Assembly: GCA_964388035.1 (NCBI GenBank)
Contig: CAYLZE010000073.1
Coordinates: 1 to 25,237 of the forward strand
Reading direction: 5' to 3'
Length of the DNA: 25,237 bases
Source of the DNA: an uncultured archaeon
GTDB lineage: Archaea > Asgardarchaeota > Lokiarchaeia > Sigyniarchaeales > SOKP01
Program-made: the position numbers and the translations under genes
Shown here: one piece after another, positions 17,070 to 25,237 of the stretch
Position numbering within the stretch: the first letter of the stretch is position 1
Layout of the letters: every line of letters starts with the position of its first letter
Notes under the pieces: generated by a model
Database searches by the model: none
Told to the model about the DNA's origin: nothing
Seen by the model: the letters and a program-made list of their open reading frames with translations, nothing else

Positions 17070-18779
17070 TTATAAAATTCCCATTGATAAGAGAAGTTTG
17101 GTAGCATCTGGGGTATCAAACGCGATTTTTATATCAAGGACTGCGGGTTTTCCCGAATTTTTAGCTCGCTCTAAAGCAGGTTTGAGTTCATTGGGATCTG
17201 ATACTACTTCTCCATAACATCCAAATCCCTTAGCACATTCTGCATAATTGAACTCGGGCAAATCTACATCGATAAATCGTTTACCCATCGCTAATTTCTG
17301 ACCGGACTTTATCATTCCCCACGCATTGTTGTTTCCGACACAATAGATTAAATTTTTAAATCCACATCGAACCGCCGTTTCTAAATCTTGTATGTTTATG
17401 AGAAAACTTCCATCTCCCGATATTGCTATGACTTGTTTGTCTGGTCTTGCAAACTTTGCACCAATACCATAAGGAACAGACGTGCCTAAGTGTCCCATTC
17501 CAATAGCTTGAACCGTGGATAGTGGTGGACGAGGTTTATAAAAGTCAATCTGCTCGGCAGCGTATGCTGCTATATCTCCTCCGTCTATGATTAAAATACC
17601 ATCAGCATCTATGAATTCTAATATATCCTTAATCATTCTCTGGGGTAATATAGGACTCTTATCTTTGGAAGATTTCTTGATTGAAGTTGCGATCGTTTTA
17701 GCCCTAATATCTGCTAATTGGTTTAGCCAATCTCTCTGTTCAACCTTATTTTTCTTTTTTGCTTCGGAGAGAAGTTGTGTCAAAAATTGCTTGCAATCAG
17801 CCACAATGCCTAGAGTTATGGGTTTTGCTCTTCCAATAATGCTGGGATCTAGATCTACTTGAATGAGTTTTTGACTATCATTCCAGAATGGCTCCTCACC
17901 ATGCCCAAGGATGTAGGAAAATTTTGTGCCTAACGCTAATATTACGTCTGATTCTCTAGCCGCCATTAATCCCGGCCCTGCAATTGAAGCTCCAATTAAG
18001 CATTTGGAAGTATTAGGAATGGTTCCCACACCCATTAAGGTGGTCAGCACCGGGATCTTTAAATATTCTGCAACTTCCTTGAGTTCGTTCCATGCCCCAG
18101 CTCGGGATACTCCTCCTCCTGAGATAATTAGAGGTTTTTGAGCCTTCAATAACAATTCTAAGGCGTTTTGGATCGTATCGCTTGCCACGGCGGGCTTTGC
18201 CATGGTCCGATATTTCTCAGAAGAGAGGATGGGAATATCCTTTTCATTGGCTTCTCCTATAAATGCATCCTCATAAATTTCAAGCAAAACGGGCTGTGGT
18301 CGACCTCCCGTTGCCTCTCTAAATATTTTATGCACTGCATCGGGAATTTCCTCTATTTTTCTGATAGATTTTTGATATTTAGTAATCGGCTTAAACATGG
18401 TGATTTGGTCGAGATTACCTTGAAGAGTAAACGAATCCGCAAATCGAGTGTTTACCTGCGGAACAATAGCAATCACGGGGATGTTATCACTCCATGCCGC
18501 GCCTACACCGGGAACGAGATGCAATGCACCTGGACCCACAGTTCCGAAGCAAATTCCAGGACTATTCGTTACTCTTGAATAGGCATCTGCAGCATGGGCG
18601 GCGGCTTGCTCATGTCTAAATAAAATCGTTTCAATCCCTTTTTCTTTTCCCCACTTATAAATTGCATCATACATTGCTAAGAATTGTCCACCGGGAATGC
18701 CAAACATGTATTTCACATTTTCTTGAAGAAGACATTTAATTAACAAGTCTCCCCCGTTAATTTTTTTCTCTTCTGCCAT
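17070..18779 (-). CDS. Thiamine diphosphate-dependent enzyme (acetolactate synthase-like / 2-hydroxyacyl-CoA lyase-like)
   Basis: FGIPGG, RHEQAAAHAADAY (catalytic Glu), TVGPG, GRPQPV, GDGSF...NNNAWGM ThDP motif. Confidence 0.92.
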   Translation of the reverse strand: MAEEKKINGGDLLIKCLLQENVKYMFGIPGGQFLAMYDAIYKWGKEKGIETILFRHEQAAAHAADAYSRVTNSPGICFGTVGPGALHLVPGVGAAWSDNIPVIAIVPQVNTRFADSFTLQGNLDQITMFKPITKYQKSIRKIEEIPDAVHKIFREATGGRPQPVLLEIYEDAFIGEANEKDIPILSSEKYRTMAKPAVASDTIQNALELLLKAQKPLIISGGGVSRAGAWNELKEVAEYLKIPVLTTLMGVGTIPNTSKCLIGASIAGPGLMAARESDVILALGTKFSYILGHGEEPFWNDSQKLIQVDLDPSIIGRAKPITLGIVADCKQFLTQLLSEAKKKNKVEQRDWLNQLADIRAKTIATSIKKSSKDKSPILPQRMIKDILEFIDADGILIIDGGDIAAYAAEQIDFYKPRPPLSTVQAIGMGHLGTSVPYGIGAKFARPDKQVIAISGDGSFLINIQDLETAVRCGFKNLIYCVGNNNAWGMIKSGQKLAMGKRFIDVDLPEFNYAECAKGFGCYGEVVSDPNELKPALERAKNSGKPAVLDIKIAFDTPDATKLLLSMGIL

Positions 18780-18898
18780 TTACAACACTTATCTAATTAA
18801 TTGAATTTGTTACTATACATTTTATGGTTCAAATATAAATAATTAACTAATTGGTTGACGATTTAGACAATCTCAAAGGGGAAGATTCATGCTAAAAG

Positions 18899-19972
18899 TT
18901 AGAGGGGATTATTCTCAAGATACAATCGAAATTTCATAGTTTCTTCATCCATCCAGGGAGGATATTTCTTAATTTCATTATAACTCAAATTAATATCCTC
19001 CAATAGGGGAAAATTTTGAGATAAATTAGGAATTTCACGTATTTTATTTTGACTAAGATCTAATACCCGTAGATTTTTAAGAATCAATATTTCGGGGGGA
19101 AATTCTTGAAATTTATTATTTTTTAGAATTATTTGGTCAAGTATTTGAAGATTTCTAAGGGATTCGGGCAATGTATTTAAATTATTATGACTCAAATCTA
19201 AATATTCTAAGCACCTTAACATTCCAATTGAATTTGGGATTTTAAAGGGTTTAACCGGATACAAATTTCTTTTTAAAAGATAGGAAAAATATAGATCCAA
19301 ATAGCTAATGTTCAGGAGAGAATTAAAACTTCCTTCCATTTCCTTCAAATATTTCCAGCTTTCTCGATTGAAGGTTAAACGTATAACGTGTTTATCTTTA
19401 ATTACCAACCAGGGTCCATCGTTTAGGAGGTTAGTCATGGTTTGGCAAAAATTATAAATTTCAAAAGAAAATTTAGCGTTCTGTTTATTTTTAGAAAAAA
19501 GGGCTTCTAAATCTAAAAAAAATCTTGCTTCTTCAGGAACGACCCCCACTTGTGAAGAAAAAGTATTCAACCAATCAACCAATTCTTCATAAAACTCACG
19601 TTCAATTGCTGAATTTCCGAGAAATTTATCAGCAGAATCAAAAATTGCTTTAATAACTAGAGGTGCGGAATCATGATTTAAATTCCATTTTAACGATTCG
19701 AATCCCTCTTTAAAGTATAATTTTATTATGATTTTTGCCGCAAGCTTTCTAACTCGTGGATTTTCATCGGAAATGAGCAAATTTTCTAAAACTCTGAAGA
19801 TCTTTGGTAATTTTAGTTCCATCAAATCCAAGATTTTTAAAACATAAATGCGAATACTTGCTTTATTGCTTTCTTCGATAATCGATAGTAATAAATTCCC
19901 TGCACGTTCTTTATCAATCTTGCCTGCTTTAACACCGTTGAAAATCTTATTTAAAGTGGAATTCTCATTCAT
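18899..19972 (-). CDS. HEAT-repeat plus leucine-rich-repeat protein
   Basis: N-terminal HEAT-like LENLLISDENPRVRKLAAKII; four C-terminal LRRs (LEYLDLSHNNL, LDQIILKNNKF, LRVLDLSQNKI, LEDINLSYNEI) and an LENNPL cap. Confidence 0.88.
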   Translation of the reverse strand: MNENSTLNKIFNGVKAGKIDKERAGNLLLSIIEESNKASIRIYVLKILDLMELKLPKIFRVLENLLISDENPRVRKLAAKIIIKLYFKEGFESLKWNLNHDSAPLVIKAIFDSADKFLGNSAIEREFYEELVDWLNTFSSQVGVVPEEARFFLDLEALFSKNKQNAKFSFEIYNFCQTMTNLLNDGPWLVIKDKHVIRLTFNRESWKYLKEMEGSFNSLLNISYLDLYFSYLLKRNLYPVKPFKIPNSIGMLRCLEYLDLSHNNLNTLPESLRNLQILDQIILKNNKFQEFPPEILILKNLRVLDLSQNKIREIPNLSQNFPLLEDINLSYNEIKKYPPWMDEETMKFRLYLENNPL

Positions 19973-20252
19973 TTAATAATCAATTAGGGAAAGTTTAATC
20001 TCACGATCTCTAATTCCTAATCTTAATTAACTATATCCTTTTAAGCTTTATGAAAACTAAATGCATATTTAAAATAATATTTTTTATTCTTAAAAAGGTA
20101 AAAAATTGATTTAAGATGTTCATATAATATAATCTTAAAAAAGAATAGAGAGGATCTATAAATAAATATACATTATTTTAAGCTCCTAAATGTTCTTAAA
20201 TTAATTTCCTTTTAGAATTAAAACCGTTCTAATAATACATTGAACCATTAGG

Positions 20253-22448
20253 GTGGTCGCGATAAACGAAGTAAAATTTCTAACTTTGATTGAAAATCTA
20301 CCTTTCGATGTTTTTGTAATCAATAAAGAGGGCAGATATTCCATTATCAACTCCGAATGTAAGGGGCATTGGGGGGATGTGACTGGAAAATATCCAGAAG
20401 AAGTTGTAAATGACTTAGAAACTATAAAAATCTGGAAGCATAATAATAAAAGAGCATTTAATGGAGAAGTCATAAAAGAACAAGTATCTTTCGACGTTAA
20501 TGGGAAAAGAAAGGTATTTTACAATATTATAACTCCCATTAAAACAAATGGAAGCATAGAAAATATTTTGGGCATCAATATTGATATAACTGAACTGGAA
20601 GAGAAAAAAAAGCAACTACAAAAATCAGAAGATATACTTCATATTATTAGCAATAACATAAATGATTATATCTCAATCGTAGATCAGGAATTTAAAATTG
20701 AATATGTAAATGAACATGCTCATGAAAAAAATTTAGGTTATACACGTGAAGATAATTTAAATAAAAAGGTATTTAAGTTCATGGAAGACGATAAGATTCC
20801 CGAAGTCGTGAAATTGTTAAAGGAACTCTTTAAGAATGGAGAAGCTATAGAACAAATAAAAATAAAGGATAAGGAGGGAAATCCAATCTGGTTGGAAGTC
20901 AAGGGAAAAACATTCTTAGACGAAAATGATGAAAAAAAGGCGGTATTTATATCTCGAGATACAACCAAGCGATTAAAGGCGGAGTTATTAATAAAAGATT
21001 CTGAGGCAAAATATCGTGCTTTATTTGATAATTCACCTCATGCCCTTTTTCTATTAGATAAGAATGGAATCATCCTAAAGATTAATTCGTCGGGTAAAAA
21101 TTTATTTGATCTAAAAGAGATGAAAATGATAGGGAAAAGCTTCATCAGCTCTGAAATAATTCCACCATTTTATACTACGCAAATAACTCATTTAATCAAT
21201 GATCTTTTGAATGGAATTGTGGTTAAACCTCTAACTTTCGAACTTTATAACAACCAACAAGAATTAATTTGGATAGAAATACATGTTTCTTTGGTGGAAT
21301 TAGAAAATGAAAATCTGATTCAAGTCATCATCAATGATATCACCGAGAGAAAAACCACAGAATTAAAATTAATAGAATCAGAAGCAAAATTTCGAAAATT
21401 GTACGAAAATGTCGCAGGAGGAACATTTATTGTTAATAGTGATTTTGAAATCGTGGATGTGAATCAAGTTACTTGTAGAATGACGGGATACGAAAGAAAT
21501 CAACTTATTGGAAAACGTTGTGATATAATTTGTGAACGAGGAATCCATCCCAAAAGCTGTCTTATTTGGGAGGAGGATAAAGAAGGTTTCCAAGGGATGG
21601 ATACTATAATTAGAAATCAAGACGGAAGTGTAACGCCCATCCTTAAGAATGCCAAAAAAATAAATCTTAAAGGAGAAACTCATGTCATTGAAAATTTTCA
21701 AGATATCACGGAAAAAAAGAAAATCGAGCTAGAATTGAAAAAATTAAACGAGTTAAAGTCCGAATTATTGCGAAGAATTTCCCATGAATTAAAGACTCCT
21801 TTGGTTTCTATCAAAGGATATACGGAACTACTATTGAAAGAATATAGTAAAGATTTTGATCTTGATTTTAAGACCCATTTCCATGGAATTCAAGAAGGCT
21901 GCATGAGATTAGAAACGTTAATAAATGATTTATTAAAAACAATGAGATTGGAATCCGGAGAAGAAATTTTAGACAAGAATAAGGAAGATCTTATTTTTTT
22001 AATAAAATTTTGCATGAATGAATTATCTCACTTAGCAAAAAAAAGAAATCAAAAAATCTTGCTCCATTTACATGAAGAATTAATATTAAAATTTGAAAAG
22101 GAAAGTATCTATGAAGTTATAACGAATATTTTAAGCAATGCAATCAAATATACGCCCATGGATGGGATTATAGAGATCTCCTCTGAGATAACAGAAAATT
22201 TCGTAATCATTTCCATTAAAGATAATGGAATCGGATTTACTGAAGAGGAAAAAAATTTAATTTTTAAGCAATTTGGGAAAATAGAACGTTTTGGAAAAGG
22301 ATTGGATGTGGTTTCGGAAGGAACGGGATTAGGGTTGTATATCTCTAAAAAAGTAATAGAAAAACATGGGGGAAAAATGTGGCTCGAATCAGATGGAAAA
22401 TTTAAAGGATCGACTTTTTATTTTTCACTGCCTCTTATTACTTATTAA
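20253..22448 (+). CDS. Cytoplasmic sensor histidine kinase with four PAS/PAC domains
   Basis: Four PAC ends (DITE, DTTKR, DITERK, DITEKK); H box SHELKTPL, N box LSNAIKY, DNGIG, GTGLGL, GSTF. No transmembrane segment evident. Confidence 0.94.
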   Translation: MVAINEVKFLTLIENLPFDVFVINKEGRYSIINSECKGHWGDVTGKYPEEVVNDLETIKIWKHNNKRAFNGEVIKEQVSFDVNGKRKVFYNIITPIKTNGSIENILGINIDITELEEKKKQLQKSEDILHIISNNINDYISIVDQEFKIEYVNEHAHEKNLGYTREDNLNKKVFKFMEDDKIPEVVKLLKELFKNGEAIEQIKIKDKEGNPIWLEVKGKTFLDENDEKKAVFISRDTTKRLKAELLIKDSEAKYRALFDNSPHALFLLDKNGIILKINSSGKNLFDLKEMKMIGKSFISSEIIPPFYTTQITHLINDLLNGIVVKPLTFELYNNQQELIWIEIHVSLVELENENLIQVIINDITERKTTELKLIESEAKFRKLYENVAGGTFIVNSDFEIVDVNQVTCRMTGYERNQLIGKRCDIICERGIHPKSCLIWEEDKEGFQGMDTIIRNQDGSVTPILKNAKKINLKGETHVIENFQDITEKKKIELELKKLNELKSELLRRISHELKTPLVSIKGYTELLLKEYSKDFDLDFKTHFHGIQEGCMRLETLINDLLKTMRLESGEEILDKNKEDLIFLIKFCMNELSHLAKKRNQKILLHLHEELILKFEKESIYEVITNILSNAIKYTPMDGIIEISSEITENFVIISIKDNGIGFTEEEKNLIFKQFGKIERFGKGLDVVSEGTGLGLYISKKVIEKHGGKMWLESDGKFKGSTFYFSLPLITY

Positions 22449-22474
22449 GGGATCCAAAATTTGAGAGTTTTTCT

Positions 22475-23011
22475 CTAACTTTCTTCTTCCATGGACTTTT
22501 TTGCTTGTGGGTTATAGGGTTTTAACCGTGGAATCCAAGCCCTTACACTTTTTTTATAATCCAAGAATTCTTGTCCAAATCTAGCTTTTAAATCCTTTTC
22601 TTCACTTAAATAAACATAAACGATACTTATAATTAAGCATATGATGCTATAAATGAGAAGAATGAATGACCTTAAAAATAGTGACTCTCCAAAAAGAATA
22701 ACCATTAGACCAAGGTCCATAGGGTTTCTCACATATTTATACGGGCCAACTATGACTAAATGTTGCGTGTGCAAATTTGACTGGGACGATAATGTCCCCT
22801 TACCAATCTTATAAAAAAGATGCACGCAATAGCTAAATAAAATAGTACCTAATCCCATTAAGAGAATACCAATAGAAATTTCAACTATATATGGATTATA
22901 TAAGGGAAAAGTAATAGTATTTATAATACCAAGTATCAGAACTAAGGGTATTAAAATAATCAGAATTAAAGGACGCCCTAACGATATCATGACCTGTTTA
23001 ATGCTCGACAT
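22475..23011 (-). CDS. Isoprenylcysteine carboxyl methyltransferase/PEMT-family membrane protein
   Basis: Hydrophobic helices, GKGT, LVIVGPYKYVRNPM, EEKDLKARFGQEFLDYKKSVRAWIP. ATG at 23011 preferred over the TTG at 23017. Confidence 0.88.
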   Translation of the reverse strand: MSSIKQVMISLGRPLILIILIPLVLILGIINTITFPLYNPYIVEISIGILLMGLGTILFSYCVHLFYKIGKGTLSSQSNLHTQHLVIVGPYKYVRNPMDLGLMVILFGESLFLRSFILLIYSIICLIISIVYVYLSEEKDLKARFGQEFLDYKKSVRAWIPRLKPYNPQAKKSMEEES

Positions 23012-23086
23012 GCTCAAATGAGTTAATATCTAATAAGATTATTGGTTAAATAATGAAAAATGAGATTTAAATTTATTTCAAATTAA

Positions 23087-23167
23087 CTGTCAGGACAATG
23101 GATTTCACCCAGGGGGGGCGTTCCCATGTGCATGTCTCAAGGCCGTAGATTAGTGAAATTAATTTGC
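23087..23167. ncRNA. Candidate structured non-coding element, family unknown
   Basis: 35 of 59 bases are G/C (23087-23145) in a very AT-rich spacer; nested stems GACA/TGTC, ATGG/CCAT and CGCCC/GGGTG. Confidence 0.3.
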
Positions 23168-23477
23168 AATAAAGAGCAAAAGGAATCTATTTGAAAACTT
23201 GTCTACTAACAATTACTTAACCTTTATTTTTTTATTATTGAAATTAATAAGAGAAAATCTCCTATTTGCAAATCCCTTTAACTTAATAATGTCATTTGTA
23301 GAAATCATTATCAAAAGTTCATAAATCTCCGATATAATTTCATAGAAATTGTAGTAAAAGACCTCTAGAAGAGATGGATGACGGGAATAAAAATTTGTAG
23401 ATTTTATACAAATTTATAATTTTTTATAAATAGTTATAAGGTTGTAAATTAATGAATTCTCTTAGATAGAAGAAGAA

Positions 23478-23744
23478 TTAATATGGAAGATCTATCATAT
23501 TAGTCAATGAATCTTTAATCTCGTTAATTATTTTTACTATTTTTCTTTTCTTCAAGGAAGAATTCTGAAATAACCACAAAATATCCTTGAGGAAACTAAT
23601 CCGAGGTTCGATTTGATCCCTAATAGCCAAGGAATTAGTCTTGTAAAAGATCAAATTCAACTTACTCATGCTCTCCTTCAAATAATTCAAGGACTTTTTA
23701 AAAAATACCGGTGCGATTATCTGTTTCAAATAATTTGCTATCAT
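23478..23744 (-). CDS. Hypothetical protein (88 aa)
   Basis: ATG-initiated ORF in an otherwise empty 1.1-kb gap; helical, Lys/Leu/Ile-rich; no recognisable motif. Confidence 0.45.
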   Translation of the reverse strand: MIANYLKQIIAPVFFKKSLNYLKESMSKLNLIFYKTNSLAIRDQIEPRISFLKDILWLFQNSSLKKRKIVKIINEIKDSLTNMIDLPY

Positions 23745-24150
23745 TTTTTTTTGAAATTTTACACAAATTATTTATTTTATTATTAAAATTAATTATTTTT
23801 GCGGTATTCATTCACTTTCGTTTACACGGATGAATTATGATCGAACTTCAATTTAAATTTAATGTTTATAAGTTAGTACATAATTATAGGATAGTACTTT
23901 TATTTTTTCGACTTTCTATGGGTTTGAACGTATCAAAATTAAAAATGTTCATTAATTATTAATAACACTCTTTAAATCTAAAATATTTGAAGGACAAATA
24001 AACCATTTGGAGTCCATATTTTGACGTTCCTTCAATTCATGGTTATAAATAGTTTATTGATAATTTGCAACGAATCCACGAGTAAAAATAATTAGTATTA
24101 AATAGTTTAACAAATATAATTAGAATGATTAGTCTTATAAAGGAGTGCAA

Positions 24151-24996
24151 ATGATATTAGAAGTCATTTTAGGATTCGTGATGATATTTATTATTGGCTG
24201 CTTGAGTCTTTCTGGTCTTGCTATGATCTCCTTAAAAGAAAAAACATTAGATGAAATTTTATTCATTCTAGTCGCTTTTGCCACAGGTACTATATTAGCA
24301 ACCGCACTTTTTGATCTCATCCCCGACTCTCTTCATCATTTAGAGGAATTAAATGCTGAAGGTCTTGAACTGGCAGAGACTTTACCTTTTGGAATGGTTA
24401 TTTTTGGATTTGTAGCTTTTTTCATATTGGAACGTTTCATTTATTGGTTTCACGGTCATGCTCATGAAAAAGAAAATCAATACGTTTGTTATAGTGATTT
24501 AGGGGAAGCTAAGGAATTCACCATTGCTGAAGGAGGAAGTATTAAGACGGTTGCGCTTTTAAATTTATTTGGTGATGGCTTGCATAATCTATTGGACGGA
24601 ATTATAATAATGGTGGCATTTATTAATGATATTGGAAGCGGAATTATCGTGACGCTTGCTGTCGCATTTCACGAACTACCTCAAGAAATTGGAGATTATG
24701 GCATCCTATTATACGGAGGATATTCCAAAAAAAAAGCTCTTACCTATAATTTTATCAGCGCCATGGTTGCCCTTCTTGGCGGATTAATCGCTTTCATGCT
24801 ATCAAGTACCGTGGAACTGTTCAATTTGTTTTTCTTGGCATTTTCAGGAGGAGGATTTTTATACATCGCATGTGCAGAATTAATGCCAGAAATTATTAAA
24901 CAGAAGCATGTGAAAAAGTCTCTCGTTCAAACATTAATCTTTATAGGCGGTATCTTGTTAATTATCATCTTAATTTCTATATTACCCCATGAGTAA
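24151..24996 (+). CDS. ZIP family (ZupT-like) zinc/metal transporter
   Basis: AFATGTILATALFDLIPD, His-rich loop HGHAHE, GDGLHNLLDG, HELPQEIGD, GGFLYIACAELMPE. AGGAG SD favours ATG 24151 over GTG 24145. Confidence 0.94.
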   Translation: MILEVILGFVMIFIIGCLSLSGLAMISLKEKTLDEILFILVAFATGTILATALFDLIPDSLHHLEELNAEGLELAETLPFGMVIFGFVAFFILERFIYWFHGHAHEKENQYVCYSDLGEAKEFTIAEGGSIKTVALLNLFGDGLHNLLDGIIIMVAFINDIGSGIIVTLAVAFHELPQEIGDYGILLYGGYSKKKALTYNFISAMVALLGGLIAFMLSSTVELFNLFFLAFSGGGFLYIACAELMPEIIKQKHVKKSLVQTLIFIGGILLIIILISILPHE

Positions 24997-25237
24997 GTAC
25001 AATCCTGAAGAATTTACTTTATACTTTTAAAAAGCAACTATTTTTCTTATAGTCGTAGAATAAAAATATAATCTATTTAATTCTTCATATAGAATTAGGT
25101 TTGATCTTCAATTTAAATCCTCATTTTTAATATTTTTAAAACTAGATTTTGTCTATTAGTTTTATTAAAAAGTATCTAATTATAATTGAGTGTATTTTTG
25201 ATTTTTTCCTTTTGACTGAAATTTAAAAATCATTTAT

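Noticed and set aside
23081-23145. Partial likeness of the GC island to c-di-AMP (GGGAAC..GGGTGAA..CCTGACAGTTAA) or cobalamin riboswitches, archaeal SECIS, or a tRNA T-arm
   Set aside because: Required elements are missing: no GCUGAA 5' strand or GUAGGG/CCCGAA arm, no B12 box, no selenoprotein ORF or AUGA/GA core, and no cloverleaf.
23083-23190. In-frame TGA in a short minus frame (..LRP*DMHMGTPPLGEIHCPDS) as possible selenocysteine; also 16-codon ORFs on both strands
   Set aside because: The frame is closed by TAG a few codons upstream, and there is no selenoprotein motif or SD support.
10083-24320. Shadow ORFs at 10083, 10912, 13853, 14130, 17587, 17926, 18168, 20201, 20415, 20738, 21378 and 24135
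   Set aside because: They overlap stronger genes with conserved motifs.
1-25237. CRISPR arrays, rRNA/tRNA, transposases, integrases, defence systems
   Set aside because: No regularly spaced repeats, RNA-gene signatures or corresponding protein motifs were seen by eye.

Overview
AT-rich archaeal chromosomal DNA, most likely Asgard (Lokiarchaeia/Promethearchaeota-like). This is inferred from gene style: a HEAT+LRR protein, a multi-PAS histidine kinase, a GPH-type MFS N-terminus, TATA-like boxes 25-35 nt upstream of starts, and oligo-T tails. The left part holds lipid/acyl-CoA and small-molecule catabolic genes: a crotonase-fold isomerase cut by the window edge, an acetoacetate-decarboxylase-family protein, an FAD oxidoreductase, a galactokinase-like kinase, a cupin, an acyl-CoA dehydrogenase, an acyl-CoA ligase, a TIM-barrel enzyme and a Zn-ADH. 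The middle and right hold an SCP2-like/URO-D-like/GH13 operon, an orphan HATPase domain, a ThDP enzyme, a HEAT-LRR protein, a 4-PAS kinase, an ICMT-family methyltransferase and a ZIP transporter. No rRNA, tRNA, CRISPR array or transposase was seen. Four signals are missed by the ORF track. (1) A 34-aa small ORF with its own SD/TATA, upstream of the acyl-CoA dehydrogenase and sharing an EKES(W/F)W motif with its N-terminus. (2) A probable ATA (or lost ATG) start for the Zn-ADH. (3) A deletion junction fusing an MFS transporter 5' end to a headless 2-hydroxyacid dehydrogenase. (4) A ~59% GC structured island in an AT-rich intergenic region, a candidate ncRNA. I cannot demonstrate a clearly new multi-gene system; the best leads are (1), (4) and the SCP2/URO-D/GH13 operon.
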